Shown: positions 30,535-41,278, counted from the stretch's first letter. The stretch is DNA of 64,000 nt from Candidatus Daviesbacteria bacterium (GCA_016176405.1 JACOXG010000004.1:9082-73081); one strand, 5' to 3'. Numbers and translations: made by a program. The notes: a model not told the origin generated them from the letters alone.

Positions 30535-31925
30535 AATTTCCCAGGCTTTCAGCCATTAGGCTGTCTTTTTTAATAGTCATCCAGCTAGTTAAACGAAAAA
30601 AAATTTGGTTACTGGCTATTTTAGGATTAGTGATTGTTCTAATTTTGGCGGTACTGGTAGGCATTTTTTCCCCTAAACAGATTTTAAGAGAAGGGATGGT
30701 AGGTACTTATCAGCAACATGATTTACCAGTTGAGATTGTCGAGCTGGCCTCGGATGGTTTGGTGGAAATGGATGAGAATGGTCAGATCCAACCTAAACTG
30801 GTGGAAGGTTGGGATGTTAATAATGATGCCACCATTTTCAAATTTAAATTAAAGCAAGGGGTCCGCTGGATTGATGGAACTGACATTAAATCTGAGGATT
30901 TGGCTTTTGATATTGCCAATACTGAGGTGACTTATCCTGATAGCCAAACAATCCAGTTTAAACTTAAGGAAGCTTATTCACCTTTTCCTTCTCTTTTGGT
31001 CAGGCCTGTTTTTAAAAAAGGCACCCTGATTGGAACTGGGCCCTACAAAATTACCAAAGTGGAAAAATCCAGGATATTTATTACCAAGCTAAGCTTGGAT
31101 CCACAAATTAAAGATTTACCTCAAATCCAGGTCCGATTTTATCCTAATGATAAGGTGGCCTTGACTGGTTTTAATGTGGGAGAGGTGCAATCTCTTTTGG
31201 GAATTCCCAATCCGGATAATTTACAAAATAATCCCCAGCTTAAGCGTAAACAGATGGTTGATTTTAAAAAGATTGTGACTATTATTTATAATACCCAAGA
31301 TCCTCTCTTATCATCTAGATCTTTGCGTCAAGCTCTCTCTTTTCAGGCTCCTCTGGTGGAAGGAGAGGATGTGGCTAACAATCCTTACCCTCGCTCCTGG
31401 TGGGTTTATGCAGAGGATGCCAAAAAATATTTGAATAATCCAGAGGAGGCCAAAGAAGCTTTGGAGAGGGCCCAGTCTTCTCTTTCTGAAGAACAACTCA
31501 AAGGGGAACTGATTTTAACCACCACTCCCAATTTGGAGGAGATGGCTAAGATAATTGTGTTAGCCTGGAAGGGATTGGGGTTTGATGCCAAACTTCGAAT
31601 TGAATCAGGAATTCCCCAAAACTTCCAAGCCCTTCTGATTACCCAAAGTATCCCAGATGATCCTGATCAATATTTTCTTTGGCACTCCTCTCAAACTAAG
31701 ACCAATCTATCCAAATATTCTCAAGCTAGAGCGGATAAGGATTTAGAAGATGGCCGGAGGGTAATAAACGAGGAGGAACGTAAAAAAATCTATCATGATT
31801 TTCAAGCAACCATTTTGGAGGATGCCCCGGCTACTTTTTTATATTTTCCTAAATATCATGTGGTATATTTAAAAAAGGTAGAAAGTCTTTTAGACAAAGT
31901 TTTAAACATGCAGCTTGCCCTTTAA
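30531..31925 (+). CDS. ABC transporter substrate-binding protein, family 5
   Basis: F.LKQGVRWIDG, IGTGPYKI, DPDQYFLWHSSQ, P..FLY.P. Confidence 0.88.
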   Translation: MKFPRLSAIRLSFLIVIQLVKRKKIWLLAILGLVIVLILAVLVGIFSPKQILREGMVGTYQQHDLPVEIVELASDGLVEMDENGQIQPKLVEGWDVNNDATIFKFKLKQGVRWIDGTDIKSEDLAFDIANTEVTYPDSQTIQFKLKEAYSPFPSLLVRPVFKKGTLIGTGPYKITKVEKSRIFITKLSLDPQIKDLPQIQVRFYPNDKVALTGFNVGEVQSLLGIPNPDNLQNNPQLKRKQMVDFKKIVTIIYNTQDPLLSSRSLRQALSFQAPLVEGEDVANNPYPRSWWVYAEDAKKYLNNPEEAKEALERAQSSLSEEQLKGELILTTTPNLEEMAKIIVLAWKGLGFDAKLRIESGIPQNFQALLITQSIPDDPDQYFLWHSSQTKTNLSKYSQARADKDLEDGRRVINEEERKKIYHDFQATILEDAPATFLYFPKYHVVYLKKVESLLDKVLNMQLAL

Positions 31926-31926
31926 T

Positions 31927-32316
31927 ATGTTAAGAAATGTTGAGAGGATGATGGGGATTATGCAAAAGGAGATGGGTTTATCTTCCGTTCATATTAGATT
32001 TAAACCTATTTCTCAGGAGCAAGTTACAGGTGATGGAGGAATTATTGGACATCATCTAATTGGTATCTCTCGCCTGGATAGAAGAAGCGGAACTGCAACA
32101 CTGTATTTTACGGAATTTCCAACAGCTGAAACAATCAGACATGAGTTAGTCCACTTACGTTGGCCATATAGAAATAAACCTGGTGACCATCGTTTAATAG
32201 ATGAGGAAACAGAACTTTGGGAAAATGGTGGGAGGAAATGGGTGACTGATTGGAATGGGTCTTTATGGGTAGCAAGTCAGAATATGTCAGAGGTGCTAGT
32301 TAATCTCCAAAGGTAA
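31927..32316 (+). CDS. hypothetical protein with HExxH motif
   Basis: TIRHELVHL; start codon uncertain. Confidence 0.55.
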   Translation: MLRNVERMMGIMQKEMGLSSVHIRFKPISQEQVTGDGGIIGHHLIGISRLDRRSGTATLYFTEFPTAETIRHELVHLRWPYRNKPGDHRLIDEETELWENGGRKWVTDWNGSLWVASQNMSEVLVNLQR

Positions 32317-34087
32317 AGGCATAAATTTTAGTACTTTTGGTTTGAAATTCTAGTTTGAGTTGGTGATTTTCTTGATTGGGTAAGTTGACCAACTCATATA
32401 GTTTTGGTTCTGTTATTTTGGCAAAACCATTTGAAACATCCTGACCCTGGTTTGTTTCATTAACCACTTCTCCATCCAAATAAACCTTAATAGATCCCTC
32501 AACTGAGTCAGGAGCAATTACCAGGAAAACCTTTTTAGCGTTGAAATTAATTTCTAACATAGATCCTTTTTCAGATTCAGCATACTCATTTTGTATGTTC
32601 CAGCTACCTGAAAGAGCCCAGTAATTTGCCTTTAAGTCTGTGGGGTAGGAATAAATCTGAAATCCCGTAGTAGGGGACTGAGGTGATAAAAATCTCTCCA
32701 ATCTGGCTAAACCTAGATAAGTTTCAGGGGTCAGTCTGCTTTTAGGTGTTTCATCTGGTAAGCTGGTTAGTGAAGTGTCAACTGTTTGTCCTGCTTCAGA
32801 GAGCAAAATTTGAATGGCTTGTTCAGTCTCCTCATATTTGCCTTCTCCAAAATGGATATATCTGACATTGCCTTGATGATCAATCAGATATTTGGCAGGC
32901 CAGAAGTGGTTATCATAAGCTTTCCAGGTCAGATAATTATTGTCTTGGGCCACTGGGTAAGTAATTTTGTATTGGGTGATGGCATTTTCCACATTGGTTG
33001 TTTTTTTCTCAAATTCAAACTCCGGGGTATGAACGCCTACCACTACCAATCCTTGGTCTTTATATTTTTCATACCAGGAGGTGACAAAGGGTAGCGTGCG
33101 AATGCAGTTAATACAAGTGTAAGTCCAAAAATCTATTAGCACCACTTTGCCTTTAAGATTTGCCATGGTGAGTGGTTCAGTATTTAACCAATTGATAATA
33201 CCTACAAATTCCGGAGCCAAACCATAATTAGGTAGCTTGGAATCTGATGTTTTATCACCTCCCATGGGCTCCGTTGGAGAAAAGATGGTATTTTTGGGCA
33301 TGTCTTCTTTCTCCCCAACTTTTAATTTTTTCAATTCGCTCTGAACAGCGGGATTGCCTTCTAATCTAAAGAGAAAATCAGAATAAGCAGGAATTGCATC
33401 CAAAAGTTGGGCCTGCAAGACCCGATCATAGCCGGTGAAGATGGCAATGGCAGTCAGAATCATAATGATGCCAAAAAATTGCTGGATTCTAGCTGTATAG
33501 GGTGAAAGGAGCCTGCTTCTGGTAAAGATGGTTGAGCCAATGGTGGCAAAGATAAAAAGAGGTATCCCAACTCCTGCCACATAGACTAAGGTGACCAAAA
33601 TAATCTGCCAATTAACAGAAGTGGTGGCAGCCAAAGTGGCAATGGTGGCTAAAATTGGACCAGCGCAGGGTGACCAAACTAGGCCAAGAGAGAAACCGGT
33701 AATCAGCCCTGACCAAAAGCCAGTTTTAGGTGGTTGGTTAGGATCCTGCTGTTGAGTTGGGGCAAATTTGGAACTGAGTCGGGATACAAATCCCTCCAAA
33801 ATTTGAGTCAATTTGGGAATGACTAAACTCAAACCCAGAAAGCTTATCACAATAACTGCAAAAAAGCGCAAAATATCCGGATCAAAAGGAATAATTTTGA
33901 TAAGATAAGATAAGGTCAAGGTAAATAGAGCAAAACTAGTTATAATTCCCAAAGTAATTCCCAATGGTTTTCTTCTTCCACCAGAGGTGGTGGCAGATAG
34001 AATAATTGGTAAAAGTGGCCAAATACAGGGAGCAAAAATGGTGACCAGTCCTGATAAAAAAGCAAACAGCAGGAGAATAAGCATCAC
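32300..34087 (-). CDS. dipZ: cytochrome c biogenesis protein DipZ (CcdA + TlpA-like)
   Basis: APCIWP, WSPCAGP, DFWTYTCINC, HTPEF, TPETYLG. Confidence 0.9.
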   Translation of the reverse strand: MMLILLLFAFLSGLVTIFAPCIWPLLPIILSATTSGGRRKPLGITLGIITSFALFTLTLSYLIKIIPFDPDILRFFAVIVISFLGLSLVIPKLTQILEGFVSRLSSKFAPTQQQDPNQPPKTGFWSGLITGFSLGLVWSPCAGPILATIATLAATTSVNWQIILVTLVYVAGVGIPLFIFATIGSTIFTRSRLLSPYTARIQQFFGIIMILTAIAIFTGYDRVLQAQLLDAIPAYSDFLFRLEGNPAVQSELKKLKVGEKEDMPKNTIFSPTEPMGGDKTSDSKLPNYGLAPEFVGIINWLNTEPLTMANLKGKVVLIDFWTYTCINCIRTLPFVTSWYEKYKDQGLVVVGVHTPEFEFEKKTTNVENAITQYKITYPVAQDNNYLTWKAYDNHFWPAKYLIDHQGNVRYIHFGEGKYEETEQAIQILLSEAGQTVDTSLTSLPDETPKSRLTPETYLGLARLERFLSPQSPTTGFQIYSYPTDLKANYWALSGSWNIQNEYAESEKGSMLEINFNAKKVFLVIAPDSVEGSIKVYLDGEVVNETNQGQDVSNGFAKITEPKLYELVNLPNQENHQLKLEFQTKSTKIYAFTFGD

Positions 34088-34241
34088 ATATATTATAAGA
34101 ACCTGATTCGCACTTCACAATGAGATATTATAGTTTGTGCCCGCAGAACATGTTAATTTTCCTTTGGAAAATTATACAATTTTACGAAATTCTTACTCTG
34201 TTTTGATTTATTTCTAATTTATTAATGATGTAATGTAAGTT

Positions 34242-34378
34242 GCCTGCTGAGTTGATAGATAGAGCGACCGACAGTCAATTTATAAAAGACTATAAAATAC
34301 TCGCCCAATCGCTTCTTAAGCAGGTGGTTATGATTTTAAGTTTAGCAGATCGCTCCCGCAGGGGAGCGGTCTTTTTTA
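34242..34378 (+). ncRNA. candidate structured small RNA
   Basis: GCCTGCTGAG pairs with CTTAAGCAGGT; internal AGAGCGA/TCGCTTCT and AGTC/GACT stems; followed by a terminator. Confidence 0.3.
34348..34378 (+). terminator. intrinsic terminator
   Basis: GATCGCTCCC-GCAG-GGGAGCGGTC followed by a T run. Confidence 0.7.
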
Positions 34379-34379
34379 A

Positions 34380-34895
34380 TCAAAGAGCTTTCCCAAGCTC
34401 CATCCTAAAGGTCTCTTGGTCCCAGGACAGTGATGATCTTGAGAATTCTTCTCCATTCTTTAAAATTATTTTGGTATGCTGATAGGGAACATTAAATTGT
34501 TTGGCTAAGTTTTCCTCATCTTGATCAGTTTCAGAATCATTAAAATTGACCCTAAAACCGATTACCTGATCAGAGGTAAGTCCATCAAATCCTTGATGGA
34601 TAGCTGGTTCTTCCCCTCTACAAATTGGACACCAATTGGCATAAAAATCCAAAAGAATTATTTTTCCCTCAGATAGGGCTTTTTCATAATCGGCTTGGTT
34701 AAATTCCAAAAATGGAGCAGCCTTCCCTGCCAAGAGTTTACCTTGAAAACCAGGAGCAGTTTTGACAGATGCAGTGGCCTCATTTTTGGTGGATAGTGAG
34801 ACAGGTGGGGTAGAGGTTTGATTGCGACTTAGCAAATAAAATCCACCTAAAACAAAGATGAGTAAAGCTACTCCTCCAAAAATAACATTTCGCAT
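34380..34895 (-). CDS. membrane-anchored thioredoxin
   Basis: DFYANWCPIC; N-terminal TM helix. Confidence 0.88.
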   Translation of the reverse strand: MRNVIFGGVALLIFVLGGFYLLSRNQTSTPPVSLSTKNEATASVKTAPGFQGKLLAGKAAPFLEFNQADYEKALSEGKIILLDFYANWCPICRGEEPAIHQGFDGLTSDQVIGFRVNFNDSETDQDEENLAKQFNVPYQHTKIILKNGEEFSRSSLSWDQETFRMELGKAL

Positions 34896-34944
34896 ACATT
34901 TAAGCTTCAACCTTTTGAAAAAATTTGTCAAGCCTATGGTGAAA

Positions 34945-36726
34945 TTAGTTATCTAAGTTAATTTTTCTGATTCTGATATTTTTGGGGGTGACTTCAACTA
35001 GTTCTGTATCATCAATATATTCAATAGCATTTTCTAAGCTCATTAGTTTTGGAGTATTAAAATGCTCAGATGTTCCCTCACCAGATGATCTGTGATTTGT
35101 TTGTTGTTTTTCTTTACAAACATTAATCCAAATATCATCTTCTCGGGAATTCTGCCCTATCACTTGCCCTTTATAAACTGGCTGTCCAGCTCCTACAAAA
35201 AGAGTTCCTCTATCTTGTGCACCTGTTAAAGCATAAAGCTTAGTTACTCCTGATTCATGAACTACCAAAGACCCTTGAGCTCTCTCAAATTTTTCCCCTG
35301 AGTCTTCTCTATATTCAAAAAAAGATGAGCTAATAATACCTAAACCTTTAGTATCTGTGATAAATTGACTTCTATATCCAAAAAATTCTTTGGTGGCAAT
35401 TATAAATTCTAAAAAGGTAGTTCTATTCTCAGTATTCATATCTAAAAGTTGGGCATGTCTTAAGCCCATCTTTTGCATGACTGTTCCAGATAAAGCCTCT
35501 GGTACTTCAATGGCTACTTTTTCAAAAGGTGTGAAAGTTTTACCCCCTTCTACTTTTTCTATAACTTGTGGTTTACCAACCTGAAATTCATAACCTTCTC
35601 TTCGCAGTCTCTCAATTAAAATTGCCAAATGTAGTTCTCCTCTGCCAGAAACTATTAAATCTCCCAGGCTTCCATCTTCAACTTTTAAAGCTACATCAGC
35701 CTCTTGAGCTTTCATTAATCTATCTCTAATTTGTCTGGCTGTTTTAAATTCTCCTTCTTTACCACCCAAAGGTGAGGTATTTACTCCAAATCTCATCTGA
35801 ACTGTTGAGGGCTCAATATCTAAAACAGGTAAGGCAATAGGATTTTGAGGATCTGCTATAGTTTCTCCAATGGTGATATCTGGAATGCCTGAAAGGGCAA
35901 TAATATCTCCAGCTTTTGCCTCAGTTATATCCACTCTTTCTAATCCTTCAAAACCCATTAAAGAAGTTAATTTAAACTTTTTTATTTCACCATTTCTGTT
36001 AATATGGGAAACATCTTGACCAGCTTTGATTTCTCCAGAATAAATTCTGCCTGTGGCTATTCTGCCCTTAAAATTATCATAAATAGTATTAGTGATAAGA
36101 ATTTGTAGGCCATTAGTTCCTACTGTGGAAGGGGAGGGGATGTGCTCTAAAACAGCATCAAACACAGGGCTAATACTATCCATTTTTGATAAATCTGGCT
36201 CTAGACCAGCTTTGCCAAATTTTCCAGAAGAATAAATAGTGGGAAAGTAAGCAGTTTTCTCATCTGCTCCCAATTCTAAAAATAAATCAAAAGTTTTGTT
36301 AATGACATAATTAATTCTGGCATCAGGCTTGTCTATTTTGTTTACTACCACAATAACTTTGTGACCCATCTCCAAAGCCTTTTTTAAAACAAATCTGGTT
36401 TGAGGCATGGGACCTTCTTTGGCATCAATTAAAAGTAAGGCTCCATCAGCCATTTTTAACACTCTTTCAACTTCCCCACCAAAATCAGCATGTCCAGGAG
36501 TATCAATAATATTTATTTTGGTGTTTTTCCAATTTACAGAGGCATTTTTGGAAAAAATAGTAATACCCCTTTCTTTTTCCAAATCATTAGAATCCATAAT
36601 AAGCTCAGAAGATTCAGAAAACTGTTTTCCAAGCTTAGTTTTGGATTGGCGAAGCAAGGCATCAACAAGAGTTGTTTTGCCATGATCAACGTGGGCTATA
36701 ATAGCTATATTTCTTATATCATTCAT
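34945..36726 (-). CDS. typA: translational GTPase TypA/BipA
   Basis: AHVDHGKTT, ERGITI, DTPGH, NKID, GRGELHL, EVTPKNIRIRK. Confidence 0.96.
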   Translation of the reverse strand: MNDIRNIAIIAHVDHGKTTLVDALLRQSKTKLGKQFSESSELIMDSNDLEKERGITIFSKNASVNWKNTKINIIDTPGHADFGGEVERVLKMADGALLLIDAKEGPMPQTRFVLKKALEMGHKVIVVVNKIDKPDARINYVINKTFDLFLELGADEKTAYFPTIYSSGKFGKAGLEPDLSKMDSISPVFDAVLEHIPSPSTVGTNGLQILITNTIYDNFKGRIATGRIYSGEIKAGQDVSHINRNGEIKKFKLTSLMGFEGLERVDITEAKAGDIIALSGIPDITIGETIADPQNPIALPVLDIEPSTVQMRFGVNTSPLGGKEGEFKTARQIRDRLMKAQEADVALKVEDGSLGDLIVSGRGELHLAILIERLRREGYEFQVGKPQVIEKVEGGKTFTPFEKVAIEVPEALSGTVMQKMGLRHAQLLDMNTENRTTFLEFIIATKEFFGYRSQFITDTKGLGIISSSFFEYREDSGEKFERAQGSLVVHESGVTKLYALTGAQDRGTLFVGAGQPVYKGQVIGQNSREDDIWINVCKEKQQTNHRSSGEGTSEHFNTPKLMSLENAIEYIDDTELVEVTPKNIRIRKINLDN

Positions 36727-36874
36727 ATGTTTACCATTTAAAAAACCGCCCTTATGGCGGTCCATTTAGCAGGTAACGTATCATACCATTTCCAGCTTCA
36801 GATAACAACTTTGTAGGTGAGAAGGTGATTTAGCATTTGATTTGAGCCTCCCAAATAGGTATCATAATAAATCT

Positions 36875-37462
36875 ATGTTTGAAGTGCGTGGAGGAGAAAG
36901 AGCATTTGTGTATGATTATGATGACACTGTTTTTGATAGAGGAAGTATTGTTAGAGGTGGAAGTTCTCTTAAAACCAGACGAGCACTAAGTCAACCCAAA
37001 CGAATTCCTTCTTTAAATACTATTCCAGTTCTTAATAGACAGGTAGTTGATGCCCCCATAATTAATCCTTTTGAGCTGATCTCATTTCTTTTCCACAGAC
37101 GAAGAGGAGTTTTTCCTCAAGCAAGAGATGAAATAACTAAAGCTTTTGAGGCAGGCATTGATATTTTTGGAAATACTGGGCGATTAAATAAAAAGCCCTG
37201 GGTAAATATAACAGATCGTACATTAGAAAGGGGAGGAATAAGACCTTTTCTCCAAGGATCTTTCTTTACCCCAGTTGGTGTAAGAGTACTTATAAGTAAA
37301 ATTGATGCATTAAGAGAGGTACAAAGTAAGTACGAAGTAGTTGATTATTTTGAAGATGATGAGGTTACAGCAAGGGGAGTAAAATTAGTTCTTCCAGAGG
37401 TGAATGTTCATATTGTTAGATTTGAGTCTAATAAAAGAGTTGTAAGTGATTTACTAAAATAG
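36875..37462 (+). CDS. HAD-superfamily-like hypothetical protein
   Basis: VYDYDDTV (DxDxT), NTGR, K, YFEDD. Confidence 0.6.
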   Translation: MFEVRGGERAFVYDYDDTVFDRGSIVRGGSSLKTRRALSQPKRIPSLNTIPVLNRQVVDAPIINPFELISFLFHRRRGVFPQARDEITKAFEAGIDIFGNTGRLNKKPWVNITDRTLERGGIRPFLQGSFFTPVGVRVLISKIDALREVQSKYEVVDYFEDDEVTARGVKLVLPEVNVHIVRFESNKRVVSDLLK

Positions 37463-37464
37463 TT

Positions 37465-38727
37465 TTATTCTACAAAGGTTAATGCTGTGCCTTTTTTGTT
37501 GGCTCTGCCTGTTCTGCCAATTCTGTGAATATAATCATCATAAGTTTGAGGCAGATCATAATTTATCACATGAGACACATCTGGAATATCTAGACCCCTG
37601 GATGCTACATCTGTTGCCAAGAGGATATTTATCTGATCTGATTTAAAGCTTTGTAAAACTCTTTCCCTTTGGGACTGCCTTTTATTTCCATGAATACTAC
37701 CTACTTTAAAACCTCTAAATTGTAACTGCTTATTTAATTTCTCAATTCCATGTTTGGTTTTTCCAAAAATTAACACCTTTTCAAATCCTTCTTTAATTAA
37801 AAGATCATGTAATTTATTTATTTTACTATCCCCATTTTGAACTCTGATCACATCCTGATCCACATTCTCAGCAGTATCTTGGATTTTTACAGACACAGTG
37901 ACAGGGTTTTGGACAAAATATTGTAAAACTTCCCTTACCTTCGGAGAAATAGTGGCTGAGAAAAAGAGGGACTGTCTTACCTTTGGTAAAAAGCTGACAA
38001 AATATTTCACATCATTTATAAAGCCAATATCAACCATTAAATCAACCTCATCTAGCACAAAAATAGAAAAATCATTTAAATTTAACATTCTTCTTTGAAT
38101 TAAATCTTTAAGTCTGCCAGGGGTACCAATAATAACATTAGGAAATCTTTTCAAATCACTGATTTGCCTGTGCATATTAGATCCACCAATAAGTAGAGCA
38201 GAATATATGCTCATATTTTTAGAAAAAGCTCTTAACTCATCATTAATTTGAACTGCTAATTCTCTAGTTGGGGTAATAATAAAAGCTCTTTTAGATCTAT
38301 CCTGAAAAATTTTACTGATTATAGGTATTAAAAAAGCAGCTGTTTTACCAGTGCCAGTGTTAGCCAGACCTATTAAATCTCTGCCTTCTAAAATAGCTGG
38401 AATAGCTTGTTGTTGAATTGGTGTTGGGGTTATATAACCTTTTTCCTGGATGTTAATTTTTAAGGGATTTATTAAATTAAAATCAGAAAAAGTTTGTTGA
38501 AAAACAGTTTCTATCTCAGTTATTTCTTTAGCCTTTTTAATAAAGATATCTAGCTGTCCTTTTAACTTGCTCTCATGAGCACCTCTAGATTGAAATCTGG
38601 GTTTGTTAAAACCACCATTAGAAAAAGGTCTTCTGAATTTATTTTTAAATGAATCTCCTCGGCGGACCGAGGAGCGAAAGCCTTTAGGCTTATTTCTCGT
38701 AGAAAATCTACGCTCATTGTAATACAT
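37465..38727 (-). CDS. DEAD/DEAH-box RNA helicase
   Basis: PTPIQ, ANTGTGKT, PTRELA, TPGRL, DEVD, SAT, HRIGRTGR. Confidence 0.96.
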   Translation of the reverse strand: MYYNERRFSTRNKPKGFRSSVRRGDSFKNKFRRPFSNGGFNKPRFQSRGAHESKLKGQLDIFIKKAKEITEIETVFQQTFSDFNLINPLKINIQEKGYITPTPIQQQAIPAILEGRDLIGLANTGTGKTAAFLIPIISKIFQDRSKRAFIITPTRELAVQINDELRAFSKNMSIYSALLIGGSNMHRQISDLKRFPNVIIGTPGRLKDLIQRRMLNLNDFSIFVLDEVDLMVDIGFINDVKYFVSFLPKVRQSLFFSATISPKVREVLQYFVQNPVTVSVKIQDTAENVDQDVIRVQNGDSKINKLHDLLIKEGFEKVLIFGKTKHGIEKLNKQLQFRGFKVGSIHGNKRQSQRERVLQSFKSDQINILLATDVASRGLDIPDVSHVINYDLPQTYDDYIHRIGRTGRANKKGTALTFVE

Positions 38728-38912
38728 AAGTATTAAATTGAAAAAGAAAAAACTAATATTTGTAAATTAGTAGGGAGCTACATAAAAATGTAATCCCAAG
38801 GGGAAAATAATCTGTAGCTTAAAATTCTAAATCAACTATCTTTTAGTGTATCACATTTTATCCCATAAAGCAAATTTGGGGGCTTGACAAGGTAGTTATA
38901 ATAGTAAGACTA

Positions 38913-39986
38913 ATGCCCCACATTGCCCTAATTCCACTCCTTATAGTTATAACGTTAACCACAGGATTACTAACGATAGGAGGTCTAAAAGTTGATAAAG
39001 TTTCTGATACAAAAATTTCCAATCCACAAGTTTCTAGCTCACAAATAGAGGGAATTAAATCTGATCAAACAGAGCCTGAGAGGGTTTGTAAAATTATTTC
39101 AGGATTAAGATTTTGTTTTAAAAAACCTATCTCTCCAATCCGAACATCTTTTCCAGCTAAACCAAGGCCCTCTCCCAGCTCTTCACCCACTACTACACCA
39201 AGCAGTTCACCAACTTCCACACCCAAACCTACTTCAACCCCTACCAGTTCGCCAACAGCCACTCCTAATCCTCAAACAGGTGGGCCAGCTGCTATTGGGA
39301 TGACTGTTGAATCTTCTAATTTAAGTTGGTGGAATGAGAGAGCCTCTTCATCAGATTTAATATTTGGCAGTATTGGTTTGCTTAAATCTGTACCATCTGC
39401 CAAAGGAAATAAAGTTTTATTTGTTGATCCTAACAATCCTACCTCTGGTATGGATACTGCTAAAGCTAATGGCTGGATAGTCACTTCAAATATAGAGGAG
39501 GTTGATGTTAATTATGTGATCTCTAAAGAAAAAGAACATTATCAATTAGCCAAGGATCGGGGACTCACCTTTGTTTTTGGACCAATGGGACTTCAGCTTA
39601 AAGATCATTATGCTGATCAAGATTATGCCCTTTTAAAAAATACTGATATTATGGTTTATCAAACTCAAGCTTTTCAGGAAGATTCCAGAACGTTGGGAGT
39701 CTCGGATTCTAACAGTTATGTTTCAGCTTACAGTAGTAAAGTGAGGGATTTAATTGGAAAAATTAAACCATATATTGTCCAAAAGAAAGTTTGGGTCCAA
39801 GTTTCTGCTAATCCACCTCGGAGTAGGTGTATAAATGCGGATAGACTCATCCAATACATTGATTCTATTAGCAGTGGAAGCAATGCTGCTGATGCCGTAG
39901 TGATTTTTGTCTCTCCTCAATATGATTCTCAGTGTTCGGAAAAAAGAATAGATGTTGCCAAAAAAGTGGTTGATCATTATAGATAA
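38913..39986 (+). CDS. secreted/membrane-anchored protein with Pro/Ser/Thr linker
   Basis: N-terminal TM helix, PSPSSSPTTTP linker, globular alpha/beta C-domain. Confidence 0.7.
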   Translation: MPHIALIPLLIVITLTTGLLTIGGLKVDKVSDTKISNPQVSSSQIEGIKSDQTEPERVCKIISGLRFCFKKPISPIRTSFPAKPRPSPSSSPTTTPSSSPTSTPKPTSTPTSSPTATPNPQTGGPAAIGMTVESSNLSWWNERASSSDLIFGSIGLLKSVPSAKGNKVLFVDPNNPTSGMDTAKANGWIVTSNIEEVDVNYVISKEKEHYQLAKDRGLTFVFGPMGLQLKDHYADQDYALLKNTDIMVYQTQAFQEDSRTLGVSDSNSYVSAYSSKVRDLIGKIKPYIVQKKVWVQVSANPPRSRCINADRLIQYIDSISSGSNAADAVVIFVSPQYDSQCSEKRIDVAKKVVDHYR

Positions 39987-40198
39987 TTCCAAACATCAGA
40001 GAGTTTTATTCATACTGATATTTTTAATCATAAAATACCAGTTTTACCAAATTCTTGCCAAGTATAGCCTGCTGGAAGCTTAGGAAGTCCACTATCTTGT
40101 TCAGTAGCCTTGTTGTGGTAAATATTAACTAATTAATTTGGTAGTTACAAGCATGGTAGAGAATTAGGAGATAAGTTGCTAAAATATACATGATTAAT

Positions 40199-40270
40199 GG
40201 GCCGGTAGCTCAATGGTAGAGCAACTCCCTCTTAAGGAGTAGGTTCTGGGTCCGAGTCCCAGTCGGCTCA
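40199..40270 (+). tRNA. tRNA-Lys(CTT)
   Basis: GGGCCGG...TCGGCTC-A, anticodon arm ACTCC-CTCTTAA-GGAGT; T-loop TCCGAGT (C at position 55). Confidence 0.92.
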
Positions 40271-40311
40271 CTAAAAATTAGAAAAAAATCAAAGCGGTTA
40301 TTTTGCAAGGA

Positions 40312-40872
40312 TTACTCTGTTTTACCTGTTAGGAGAGCATCAATAATATCATGAGGAAGAGCTGCAGCATTAAGTAAAGCTTTTCTGACTAAAGCTCCTC
40401 CATCAGATCCAATTTCATCTGCAGCTTTTAATGCTCCTTTAACAGCACTGGTTGCTAAATTTCCTGAATCTGCTCCAATATCACCTGCTGCCTCAATTGC
40501 ACCTCTGACTGCAGAAACTGCTGTTTCTCCTACATCTCCTCCCACCTTTGATACAGCATGAACAGCTGTAGATGAAGCTTCTTCAGCAGCCTGGGTAGTA
40601 TCCACACCCACATCTTTTGCTCCATCCACGACTCCTCTCACCAAGCCAGTCACTCCATCTGTAATAGATCCTCCGGCAGAAGACAGAGCTTCGACCCCTC
40701 CTGTGACTACATCAGAAACTGCCTGAGTTCCACTTGCAGCAACATCACCAGCGCCTTGAAGTGCTTTGACTATATTTTCTTTAGCTACATTTTGGGTAAC
40801 AGACACAATATCTCCAGCACCAGAAATAAGAGAACTTAGGGAGTTTTTAACATCATCAGTTATATTTGACAC
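40312..40872 (-). CDS. Ala/Gly/Val-rich helical repeat protein
   Basis: GTG start 6 nt after TTGACA-17-TAGTTT; repetitive A..AV.GA motifs. Confidence 0.7.
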   Translation of the reverse strand: MSNITDDVKNSLSSLISGAGDIVSVTQNVAKENIVKALQGAGDVAASGTQAVSDVVTGGVEALSSAGGSITDGVTGLVRGVVDGAKDVGVDTTQAAEEASSTAVHAVSKVGGDVGETAVSAVRGAIEAAGDIGADSGNLATSAVKGALKAADEIGSDGGALVRKALLNAAALPHDIIDALLTGKTE

Positions 40873-40945
40873 TAATAAAAAACTACCACATTCCTAATTC
40901 TCTGTCAATGGCAGCTTACAATCTAAATTATGCTAAAATTTTTAT

Positions 40946-41278
40946 ATGTTACTACGGGAAAGACAAAGAGGAATAGAAAATATTTATCCAGATTCAGAAC
41001 AGTTGAATCAAACTAGATGGGCTAAAATGCTTGGAATATCTATAAGTGGTTTACAAGCTGCAATGAGGCGAGGAGGGGTGGAAACGCGAATAGTTCACGG
41101 CCGCTATCATCCCTCTATACTCACTCGCGTAGAGGACTTTCCTAGCATTATACGAGGATTGATTTCTTCAAGGCGTCGAAGGGACCGTTATCTCTGGCCT
41201 GAGGTTGATACAACCAAAGATTTTCAAATTAAAGCTAGATCAGGTGCAATTTTAATTTATGAATATCCTCACTCTTGA
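40946..41278 (+). CDS. hypothetical protein, possible HTH
   Basis: LNQTRWAKMLGISISGLQAAM resembles a helix-turn-helix. Confidence 0.55.
   Translation: MLLRERQRGIENIYPDSEQLNQTRWAKMLGISISGLQAAMRRGGVETRIVHGRYHPSILTRVEDFPSIIRGLISSRRRRDRYLWPEVDTTKDFQIKARSGAILIYEYPHS

Noticed and set aside
34240-34482. 80-aa + strand ORF
   Set aside because: TTG start, runs through a terminator and overlaps the thioredoxin gene in antisense.
39168-39272. Repetitive DNA in the 38913 gene
   Set aside because: Ordinary Pro/Ser/Thr linker codons.
39990-40135. Minus-strand peptide fragment (…DSGLPKLPAGYTWQEFGK…) near tRNA-Lys(CTT)
   Set aside because: Too short and interrupted to call; possibly a gene remnant.
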